Below, piece by piece: positions 13,276 to 22,565 of a stretch of DNA of 64,000 nucleotides; positions within the stretch are counted from its first letter, which is position 1, and each line of letters begins with the position of its first letter. A program made the position numbers and the translations under genes. This DNA is from an uncultured Alphaproteobacteria bacterium (lineage in GTDB: Bacteria > Pseudomonadota > Alphaproteobacteria > Micropepsales > Micropepsaceae), in assembly GCA_963773575.1 (NCBI GenBank), contig CAVZBS010000006.1, forward strand, positions 68,905-132,904. Direction: 5' to 3'. A model generated the notes under the pieces. It did no database searches. It was not told the origin of the DNA and was given only the letters and a program-made list of their open reading frames with translations.

Positions 13276-14013
13276 TTATACAAAGCCTGGCCCGGCTTTC
13301 ACAGCGCGCGCCAGGGCCAGAACCTGCACCTTTGCCGCACCCGCCCGCTTCAGTACCCTGGCGCAGGAGTTCACGGTGGCGCCGGTGGTGAGCACATCAT
13401 CCACCAGAAGCAGGCTGCGGCCGGCGATCCGCGCCGGTTGGCTGACCCGGAAAGCGCCTTGAACATTGCGCCGCCGGGCCTTGGAGGAAGCCATTTCCCC
13501 CTGGCTTTTGGTCGGGCGGCTGCGCGCCAGGGCTCCCAGCGCCAGCGGCTTGCCGGTCTGCTGCGCCAGCGCCCGGGCCAGCTCGGCCGCCTGATTGTAG
13601 CGGCGGCGCCACAGCCGCAAGGGATGCAGGGGCACCGGCACGATCAAGTCGGCTTCGGCCAGCATCGCCCGGCCGCTTCGCTCCAGCCAGCGTGCGAAGC
13701 CCGGCACCAGTTCCAGCCGGTCCGCATGCTTGAGGGCGAGCACGGGGCCCCGGCTGTTTTCGTCATAGACGAAGATGGCCCGGGCCCGGTCGTAATCCGG
13801 CGCCTTGGCCAGGCAGACGGCGCAGCGCATCGCCTCTCCGGCGTCGAATTCAAACGGAATGCCGCAGCAATCGCACAGGGGTCCGTCCAGGAATGCGATC
13901 CGGCTCCAGCAGCCGGCGCAGAAACCCTGGCCGCCGCCGAGCGGCTCGCGGCAGGCCATGCACAGCGGCGGGAACAATAGATCCAGCAGCCCGGTTTTCA
14001 ATTTTGTCGCCAT
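13276..14013 (-). CDS. comF: ComF family protein
   Basis: Double zinc ribbon plus LLVDDVLTTGAT PRT motif. Confidence 0.9.
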   Translation of the reverse strand: MATKLKTGLLDLLFPPLCMACREPLGGGQGFCAGCWSRIAFLDGPLCDCCGIPFEFDAGEAMRCAVCLAKAPDYDRARAIFVYDENSRGPVLALKHADRLELVPGFARWLERSGRAMLAEADLIVPVPLHPLRLWRRRYNQAAELARALAQQTGKPLALGALARSRPTKSQGEMASSKARRRNVQGAFRVSQPARIAGRSLLLVDDVLTTGATVNSCARVLKRAGAAKVQVLALARAVKAGPGFV

Positions 14014-14031
14014 TCCTTTTAGTCTAGCGCG

Positions 14032-14863
14032 ATGGCCCCGGATCGTCCGCCGCTTTTCGATCACCGCGCCGCCCGCGCCGCCCGGCTCCGGGCCCGCCGC
14101 ATGCCGGGCGAACGCTTTCTCGACCAGGCCGCCCTGGAAGGGATTATCGACAGGCTTGGGACGGTGAAACGCCGTTTCGAGCATGGATTGTGGATCGGCG
14201 AGGATCTGCCGCCGGCGCTTGCGGCCCAGGCCAGGCGATGGAGCCTGGGTGATTTCGACGCGCAATGAGATGCTTTCGAGCCGATGGCGGGCCCTTCGAT
14301 CTGGTCTTGAGCGTCTATTCGCTTCAGACCGTCAATGATCTGCCGGGCGCCCTGATCCAAATACGCCGGCTGCTCAAGCCCGACGGCCTGTTTCTGGGCG
14401 CTCTGTTCGGGGGCGCCACCTTGACGGAACTCAGGGAAAGCTTTGCCATTGCCGAAAGCGAAACCCTGGGCGGGATAAGCCCCCACATCGCCCCCTTCGC
14501 CGATGTCCGCGATCTGGGCACGCTGCTGCAGCGGGCGGGGTTTGCCCTGCCGGTCACCGATGTGGAGCGGCTGACGGTCCGCTATGGGAGCCTTTCCAGA
14601 CTGGTCGACGGATCTGCGCCGCCACGGCCAGACCAATGTGCTGTCGGAACGGCGCAGGAATTTCCTGCGCCGCGATATATTCGATCGGTTGCAGGCCCAT
14701 TATGCCGCCCGCCATGGCGAAGACGGAAAACTCACCGCCAGTTTCGAGACCATCTATCTCGCCGGATGGGCGCCGCACCCCGACCAGCAAAAGCCCTTGA
14801 AGCCGGGAAGCGCCGGCGAGCCGATTGAGCGATGCCCTGGGCACCGTCGAACGCAAGCTTTAG
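14032..14863 (+). CDS. SAM-dependent methyltransferase (BioC/NDUFAF5-like; frameshifted)
   Basis: VNDLPGALIQIRRLLKPDGLF, LLQRAGFALPVTD, PLKPGSA; divergent from comF. Confidence 0.8.
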
Positions 14864-14876
14864 GACGCGCTGGCGT

Positions 14877-15305
14877 TCACAGCAAGTCGCGCAGCATCGG
14901 CAGCAGCGGCAAGTCGGCGGCGGGCATGGGAAAACGCCCCGGATCGGCCATCAAATCGCGGGGCCGGATCCATTTGAGGGCGGCATGCTCTTTCGGAACC
15001 GGGATGCCTTCCCAGCGCCGGCAGAGATAAAGCGGCATCAGAAGATGGAAATCGGCGTAAGCGTGGGAGGCGAAGGTATAAGGCGCCAGGCAGGGCTCCT
15101 GCACCAGAATGCCCAGCTCTTCCCGCAATTCGCGGATCAGCGCCGCCTCCGGCGTCTCCCCGGCTTCCAGCTTGCCGCCGGGAAATTCCCACAATCCCGC
15201 CATGCGCTTTCCCTGCGGCCGCTGGGCGATCAGCACCCGTCCGTCCGGATCGATCAGCGCCACCGCTGCCACCAGAATGACCGGTTTTGCGTTCTCGGAA
15301 TTCAT
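14877..15305 (-). CDS. mutT: 8-oxo-dGTP diphosphatase (Nudix)
   Basis: WEFPGGKLEAGETPEAALIRELREELG Nudix box; near argJ/secA. Confidence 0.9.
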   Translation of the reverse strand: MNSENAKPVILVAAVALIDPDGRVLIAQRPQGKRMAGLWEFPGGKLEAGETPEAALIRELREELGILVQEPCLAPYTFASHAYADFHLLMPLYLCRRWEGIPVPKEHAALKWIRPRDLMADPGRFPMPAADLPLLPMLRDLL

Positions 15306-15396
15306 CGCCGGCAATTCCCTGCAATGACGGCATCAAGCGTCATGATTAAGGTCCATTCTGAAAGGTCCAACCGGGCACAACCATAGGAGAAGGAAT

Positions 15397-15819
15397 TTGA
15401 CCACATTCGGTACCGCCGTCTGGCATGGCGGCCTCAAGGACGGCAAGGGGGCGATCTCGACCAAGAGCGGCGCCCTCGACAATTATCCTTACGGCTTCGC
15501 CAGCCGGTTCGAGGGCAAGCCCGGCACCAATCCCGAGGAACTGATCGGCGCCGCCCATGCCGGCTGCTTCACCATGGCCCTGTCCCTGATCCTGGGCGAA
15601 GCCGGCTTCACCGCCGATGAAATGACCACCAGGGCCGAAGTGACCCTGGTCAAGCTGGCCGATGGCTATGCCATCACCAAAGTCCATCTCACCTTGAACG
15701 CGAAGATTCCCGGCTGCGACAAGGCGAAGTTCGATGAGATGGCGGCCATGGCCAAAGCAGGCTGTCCGGTCTCCAAGCTGCTGAAGGCGGACATCACCTT
15801 GGACGCGAGTTTGGTTTAA
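15397..15819 (+). CDS. osmC: OsmC family peroxiredoxin
   Basis: TNPEELIGAAHAGCF and CPVSK; TTG start behind AGGAG. Confidence 0.92.
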   Translation: MTTFGTAVWHGGLKDGKGAISTKSGALDNYPYGFASRFEGKPGTNPEELIGAAHAGCFTMALSLILGEAGFTADEMTTRAEVTLVKLADGYAITKVHLTLNAKIPGCDKAKFDEMAAMAKAGCPVSKLLKADITLDASLV

Positions 15820-15838
15820 AGAGGCGTGCACGGAATTT

Positions 15839-15977
15839 CTTCCTCCGCATGGCGCAGCCATTGGCGGGGGAGTTCGATAGCGGCAGCGTATCGAACGTGC
15901 GGTAGCGTTCGACCGACAAAAGCTCCCCCGGAGCTTTTGTTGTCGGCCTCACTGCCCGCGTGCCGCACAGATGGGGG
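15839..15977. repeat. Composite intergenic multi-hairpin element
   Basis: Stems CTTCCTCCGC/GCGGGGGAG, GTTCGATA/TATCGAAC and AAAAGCTCC-CCC-GGAGCTTTT between convergent genes. Confidence 0.75.
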
Positions 15978-16859
15978 CTAAATAAACCGCTCGCCGATCA
16001 GGGCGCCGATATCGGCCAGGGCATGATCGTCGCCGGGGTCGTCCGGCTTGTTGCCCGCCGTATAGGCGCAGATCAGGACCGGCGCCCGGTTTCCCGGCGG
16101 CCAGGCGATGGCGATGTCGTTGAGCGCGCCTTGGCCGCCCGAACCGGTCTTGTCGCCCACCTTCCAGCCTTGCGGCAGCCCGGCCCGGAGCCGGGTAAGA
16201 CCGGTGGCGCAGACTATCATCCAGTCGGCCAGTTGCTTGCGCGAGGCCGGCGACAGCGCATCGTCCAGCAGAATGCTTTTCAGATCCGCCAGCATCGCGG
16301 TGGGTGTGGTGGTGTCCAGATCACCGTCAGGCATATTGAGCGCGCCTTCCACGCGGTCGAAGCGGGTGCGGCTGTCGCCCAGGCCGCGCGCGAAACGGGT
16401 CACCCCCGGCGGGCCGCCAGCGCCGGCGAACAGAAGATTGGCGGCGCTATTGTCGCTATAGAGGATCGCCGCGGCGCAAAGCGCGCCCACGCTCATGCCC
16501 TGGGCCAGATTTTTCTTCGTCTCCGGGGCATAGTCCAACAGATCGCTCTGCTGGTAATGGATCATGCGATTGAGGCTCTCCTGGCCGGCATCGACCCGGG
16601 CCAGCGTCGCCGCCACCAGCATCACCTTGAAGGTGCTGCACATCAGGAAGCGTTCGCTTTCCCGGTAGAAGATGGAATTGCCGTTGGCTGTATCGACCGC
16701 CGCCAGGCCGATGCGCAGGCCCAGCGCCTTTTCCATCGCCGCCAGCCGGCGCCCCGCCGCGTTATAGCCCTGGTCGGCGGCCAGCAAGGGCGTGGGAAAC
16801 AGCAGCGCGGCCGCGCCCAATGCGGCGCGTCGCGTCAGCCCCGAATGCGATTCGCCCAT
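15978..16859 (-). CDS. bla: Class A serine beta-lactamase with Tat-like signal
   Basis: STFK, SDN, DRVEGALN (E166/N170), KTG motifs; N-terminal TRRAAL. Confidence 0.92.
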   Translation of the reverse strand: MGESHSGLTRRAALGAAALLFPTPLLAADQGYNAAGRRLAAMEKALGLRIGLAAVDTANGNSIFYRESERFLMCSTFKVMLVAATLARVDAGQESLNRMIHYQQSDLLDYAPETKKNLAQGMSVGALCAAAILYSDNSAANLLFAGAGGPPGVTRFARGLGDSRTRFDRVEGALNMPDGDLDTTTPTAMLADLKSILLDDALSPASRKQLADWMIVCATGLTRLRAGLPQGWKVGDKTGSGGQGALNDIAIAWPPGNRAPVLICAYTAGNKPDDPGDDHALADIGALIGERFI

Positions 16860-16898
16860 GGCGCGGTTATATCAGGCAGATCCGGTTTCTAGAGAGGC

Positions 16899-18173
16899 TC
16901 AGCTTCGGTAGGAACCGTTGATATCGATATAGCCATGGGTCAGGTCGCAGGTCCAAACCCGCGCTGCGCCCTTGCCCAGGCCCAGATCCACCGCGATCTC
17001 GACCTCGCCGCCCGGAGACGGCCCGGGTCGCCGCGGCCTCGTTGTAATCCGGCGCCCGCGCGCCCTTCTCGGCGACCAGATGGCCGCCAAAGGAGATTTT
17101 GAGCCGGTCGCGGTCGGCCGCTTCGCCGGCCTTGCCCACCGCCATCACCACCCGGCCCCAATTGGCGTCGTTGCCGGCGATGGCGGTCTTGACCAGCGGC
17201 GAATTGGCGATGCTGAGAGCGATCCTGCGCGCCGCCGCATTGTTCTCCGCGCCGGTGACATCAATGCGGATCAGCTTTTGGCGCCCTCCCCGTCCTTGAC
17301 CACCTGCCAGCGCCAGATCGAGCAGCAGCCCATCCAGGCTCCGGCGGAAAGCCGTCAGCCGCTTGTCGGACGCTTTGGCGACCGCGCCATGCTTGGCGCC
17401 CTTGCCGGTCGCGAACAGCAGCAGCGTGTCGCTGGTGGAGGTGTCGGAATCCACGGTGATGGAATTGAAGGATGGAGCCGACGCCCGCATTCAGGCAGTC
17501 CTGCAGCACGGAGGCCGGCAGGGTCGCGTCGGTGAAGACAAAGGCCAGCATGGTCGCCATGTCGGGCGCGATCATGCCCGAGCCCTTGGCGATGCCGTTG
17601 ATCGTCACCTTGACGCCGTCGATGGCGGCGGTGGCGGTGGCGAGCTTGGGATAGGTGTCGGTGGTCATGATCGCCTCGGCCGCCGCCCGCCAGCCCGAGG
17701 CGGACGCCTCGTCCGCCATCTCGGCTAAAATTCTGGTGATCTTTTCGGCCGGCAGCGGCTCGCCGATCACTCCGGTCGAGGCCAGGAAAACTTCCGACGT
17801 GCGGCAGCCGACCACCGCGCCTGCGGTCTCCGCCACCGCCGCGCACGCCGGCCAGGCCGGCCTGGCCGGTGAAGGCATTGGCGTTGCCGCTGTTGACCAC
17901 CAGGGCCCGGGCCTGTCCGTGCTTGAGCTGGGTGCGGCACCATTCCACCGGCGCCGACGCGGTCTTGGAGCGGGTGAAGACGCCCGCCACTTGGGTCCCC
18001 GGCGCCAGGGTCACCAGCAGGACATCGGTGCGGTCGCGGTATTTGATGCCCGCCTCGCCTGTGGCCAGCCGCACCCCGGCCAGAGGCGGCAACTCGGCAA
18101 AGCGCTTGGGCGCCAGGGGCGAGATGGCGGAAGCGGCGGGCTTTTTCGCCGGCGCCTTCTTGCCCTTGACCAT
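16899..18173 (-). CDS. argJ: Bifunctional ornithine acetyltransferase (frameshifted)
   Basis: [50 protein letters not shown]. Confidence 0.93.
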
Positions 18174-18368
18174 GATCGCTCCCTGGAACCGGCCGCGTCC
18201 CGGCCATTCGGCCGCGGATAGTGTGGAAATTGGGCGGTTTGACAAGGCCCTCTCCGGCCTTCGGTCAAATTTGACAATGGGATAGGCCGTTCTTATGTCA
18301 CCGGTCGCGGCCGCTCACTCGCGGAAGGGGTGGTTTCGCCCCTTCAATCCGGCCCGTCAGAGGATTTC

Positions 18369-21088
18369 ATGCTGGGTTTCAGCGCGCTCGCCAAACAGTT
18401 CTTCGGCTCCGCCAACGAACGCAAGATCAAGCCCTTATGGGCGACCGTGGCCAAGATCAACGCCCTGGAGCCCCGCTTCCAGGCGATGACCGACGACGAG
18501 CTCAAGGCCATGACGCCCGCCTTCCGCGAACGGCTCCAGGCGGGCGAAACCCTGGACGACCTGCTGCCGGAGGCCTTTGCGGTGGTGCGCGAGGCGGCCA
18601 AGCGCACCCTCGGCCAGCGGCATTTCGACGTCCAGCTGGTGGGCGGCATGGTGCTGCATGAAGGCAATATCGCCGAAATGAGGACCGGCGAAGGCAAGAC
18701 CCTGGTCGCCACCCTGCCCGTCTATCTCAACGCGCTGGCCGGCAGAGGGCGTGCATGTGGTGACGGTCAATGATTATCTGGCCAAGCGCGACAGCGAATG
18801 GATGGGGCAGATCTACCGCTTCCTGGGCCTGACCGTCGGCTGCATCGTCCACGGCCTCACTGACGAGGAGCGCCGCGAAGCCTATGCCGCCGACGTCACC
18901 TACGGCACCAACAACGAATTCGGCTTCGACTATCTGCGCGACAATATGAAATACACGCTGAACACCATGACCCAGCGCGGCCATGCCTATGCCATCGTCG
19001 ACGAGGTCGACTCCATCCTGATCGACGAGGCCCGCACGCCGCTGATCATCTCCGGCCCGACCGAGGACCTGACCGAGATGTACAAGGCGGTCGACGCCAC
19101 CATGGCGAGCCTGATCGCCGACGATTACGAGCTGGACGAGAAAGCCAAGCAGGTCACCCTGACCGAGGCCGGCGACGAGCATATGGTGCAGCTGCTGCGC
19201 GGCCGCGGGCCTGCTCGAGCATGGCGATCTTTACGACACCGAGAACATCTCGGTCGTCCATCACGTCAATCAGGCGCTGAAAGCCCATAAGCTGTTCCTG
19301 CGGGACAGGGACTATATCGTCAAGAACGACCAGGTGATCATCATCGACGAGTTCACCGGCCGCATGATGGAAGGCCGCCGTTATTCCGAAGGGCTGCACC
19401 AGGCGCTGGAAGCCAAGGAAAACGTCACCGTCCAGCCGGAAAACGTGACCCTGGCCTCGATCACTTTCCAGAATTATTTCCGCCTCTACGACAAGCTGGC
19501 CGGCATGACCGGCACCGCCATGACCGAGGCGGCGGAATTCATGGACATCTACAAGCTGGACGTGCTGGACATCCCCACCAACATGCCGGTGGCGCGCATC
19601 GATTACGACGACGAGGTCTATCGCACCGCCGACGAAAAGAACGACGCCATCGTCAAGCTGGTCGAATCCTGCCGCGAAAAGGGCCAGCCGGTGCTGGTCG
19701 GCACCACCTCGATCGAGAAATCCGAACATCTCTCCGCGCTGCTGAAGAAGCGCAAGATTCCGCACAATGTGCTGAATGCCCGCTATCACGAGCAGGAGGC
19801 CTTCATCGTCGCCCAGGCCGGCGTTGCCGGCGCCGTCACCATCGCCACCAACATGGCCGGCCGCGGCACCGACATCCAGCTGGGCGGCAATGCCGAGATG
19901 CGCATCAGGCACGAACTCGCGGCTCATCGACGAGGCCCACCGAGCTCGCGAGCCCGGGCGGAAGCAATCCGCGGCGAAGTCGCCGCCAACAAGCAAAAGG
20001 CGCTGGCCGCGGGCGGCCTTTATGTGATCGGCACCGAGCGGCATGAAAGCCGGCGCATCGACAACCAGCTGCGCGGCCGTTCCGGCCGCCAGGGCGATCC
20101 CGGCGCCTCGAAATTCTTCCTGTCCCTGCAGGACGATCTGATGCGCATCTTCGGCTCCGAGCGCATGGATTCGGTCCTGACCCGGCTGGGGCTCGAGGAA
20201 GGCGAGGCCATCACCCATCCCTGGGTGAACAAGGCGCTGGAAAAGGCGCAGCAGAAGGTCGAAGCGCGCAATTTCGAAATCCGCAAGAACATCCTGAAAT
20301 ATGACGATGTGCTCAACGACCAGCGCAAGGTGATCTTCGACCAGCGCAAGGAGATCATGTCGTCCGACGACGTCTCCGACCAGATCGCCGATTTCCGCGA
20401 GGAAGTGGTGGAGGATCTGGTGACCCGCCACATCCCGGAAAAGGCCTATGCCGAGCAATGGGACGCGGCCGGCCTGCATGACGAGGTGACCAAGATCTTC
20501 GGCGTCGAGCTGCCGGTGGTGGACTGGACCAAGGAAGAAGGCATCGCCGACGAGGAAGTGCGCGAGCGCATCCTCAAGGCGGTGGAGTCGCGCGCCGCCG
20601 AACGGGCGGCCAATTTCGGGATCGATGTCACCCGCTATGTCGAGAAAGCGGTCCTGCTGCAGGCGCTCGACAACAATTGGCGCGAGCATATCGTCAATCT
20701 CGACCATCTGCGCCAATATGTGGGCTTGCGCGGTTATGGCCAGCGCGACCCGCTCAACGAATATAAGAGCGAGGCTTTCGAACTGTTCGAGGCGCTGCTC
20801 GCCAAGCTGCGCAGCGACGTGGTCGAGCAGTTGATGCATGTCCAGATTCAAACCGGCGAGCCGCCGCCGGAAATCGCGCCGCGCCCCCTGCCCCTCATGC
20901 AGGCCCATCATATCGATCCGCTCACCGGCGAAGACGAGATGGCGCCGGCCGGCCCGCAATTCCGGCAGGTGCCTTTGGGACCGGTCGATCCGAACGATCC
21001 CTCCACCTGGTCCAAGGTGCAGCGCAACGCGCCGTGCCCTTGTGGTTCCGGCCGCAAATACAAGCACTGCCACGGCGCATTGGTCTGA
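18369..21088 (+). CDS. secA: Preprotein translocase SecA (frameshifts near 18750 and 19200)
   Basis: [37 protein letters not shown]-terminal [18 protein letters not shown]. Confidence 0.96.
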
Positions 21089-21196
21089 TTTTTGATGGTC
21101 GCGCAGCCGGACGGCGAAGCGGTGCCCACTTCGCCTGGCTGCGCTTCGCGTGGTTCTGGCCGCAAATACAAGCACTGCCAGGGCGCATTGGTCTAA
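21042..21196 (+). repeat. 47-bp direct repeat of the secA 3' end flanking a 61-bp palindromic element
   Basis: 21042-21088 vs 21150-21196 match at 44/47; the intervening sequence folds GCGCAGCC/GGCTGCGC and GGCGAAG/CTTCGCC. Confidence 0.9.
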
Positions 21197-21235
21197 GACG
21201 GACCAGTTGCGCTTTGCCGCGGATTCGCGCGTTAT

Positions 21236-22192
21236 ATGCGCTATCCGCAGGAGGCAGATTTGCTCACCGTGCATCAGTCGAACGGGAGGCCGGTCTGGGT
21301 AGATCTTTGCGAGCCCAGCGCCGAGGAACTTGCCCAGGCCTGCCGCGATTACGCGCTCGACATCCCGGCGCGCGAAAGGCTGGAGGAGATCGAATTCTCC
21401 AGCCGCCTGCAATATGAGGACAATATCTTCACCATCTCGGTGCCGGTGACCCCCCATATCGGCGAGGACGATTTCACCTCACCCTTGGGCTTCGTCCTCA
21501 CCAAGGATCTTCTGGTCACCATCCGGTTCGCCCATCTCCATACCTTCCCCGGAATCATCAAACGCGTGGAAAGCCGGCCGCGAACCGCGCCCGAGATCTT
21601 TCTGATCATCCTGGAGGCGCTGGTGGATCACGGCGCCGACCGGCTGGAAGAATTGCGCGCCGAGGCGCTGATCATATCCCATCGCATCTTTCACAAGCAG
21701 ACCACCGGACAGGGCCGGCGTCTTGTCGCCAAGACCGACCGCATGCTGCGCGATACGCTGGTGGACATCGGCGATATAGGACAAAGGCTCTCCCATATCC
21801 GCGACACCTTGCTGGTGCTGCAACGGGCCGTTCCCTTCGTCGCCGAGCATGGCGAAAGCTGGCTGGACGACCCGGTCAAGGCCCGGCTGAAGATCGCCAG
21901 CCAGGATGTGCAATCGCTGAACGCCTATGAGTTGCATCTCACCGACAAAATTCAGTTCCTGCTCGATGCGGCGCTGGGCTTCATCAATACCGAGCAGAAT
22001 AATCTGTTCAAGGTGCTCACCATCGCCTCGGTGGTGGGAATCCCGCCCACCTTCGTCGCCAGCATGTATGGCATGAATTTCCACAATATGCCGGAATTGA
22101 GCTGGGCCTGGGGCTATCAGTGGGGGCTGTTCCTGATCCTGCTGTCCACCATCCTTCCGATTGCGTGGTTCAAGTGGCGGGGGTGGTGGTAG
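21236..22192 (+). CDS. corA: CorA family Mg2+ transporter
   Basis: PPTFVASMYGMNF signature, MPEL loop, two C-terminal TM helices. Confidence 0.93.
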   Translation: MRYPQEADLLTVHQSNGRPVWVDLCEPSAEELAQACRDYALDIPARERLEEIEFSSRLQYEDNIFTISVPVTPHIGEDDFTSPLGFVLTKDLLVTIRFAHLHTFPGIIKRVESRPRTAPEIFLIILEALVDHGADRLEELRAEALIISHRIFHKQTTGQGRRLVAKTDRMLRDTLVDIGDIGQRLSHIRDTLLVLQRAVPFVAEHGESWLDDPVKARLKIASQDVQSLNAYELHLTDKIQFLLDAALGFINTEQNNLFKVLTIASVVGIPPTFVASMYGMNFHNMPELSWAWGYQWGLFLILLSTILPIAWFKWRGWW

Positions 22193-22420
22193 TGACTCCA
22201 GTTCCGTGTTCGCGCCGCAGCGCGTCCTGACGCTGCCGCTAGGACGCTTGCGACGGGTTCAAATGGAGAGGCTGGTGGTGACGGCCAAAACTCCGTGTTC
22301 GCGCCGCGGCGGCGCGTTACGCTGCCGCTAACGCCGCTCGCAGCGGGTTTAAGTGGCGGGGGTGGTGGTAGTGACTCCAGTTCCGTGTTCGCACCGCGGC
22401 GCGTCATTACGGCGCCGTTA
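22167..22420 (+). repeat. Tandem ~90-bp units, each containing the corA 3' end plus a hairpin
   Basis: Units start at 22167, 22256 and 22346; each encodes FKWRGWW-stop followed by TCCGTGTTCGC(G/A)CCGC. Confidence 0.9.
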
Positions 22421-22565
22421 AATTGGCGCCCCAGTCTCCAGAACCCAGTCCCCCGGCGGTGCGACCTGGACTTGGCATGTTGCACAAATTTCATGGTGAG
22501 GTAGCATGGTCGCCGGGCGGGCTTCATCCGCGGCTTGGGTTTCAATTTTGAAAATGAGGTGTGTT

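Noticed and set aside
22167-22420. Possible integron attC array or tRNA remnant
   Set aside because: No RYYYAAC/GTTRRRY pairing, no integrase or cassette ORFs, and no cloverleaf; the GGTTCAA lies within corA codons.
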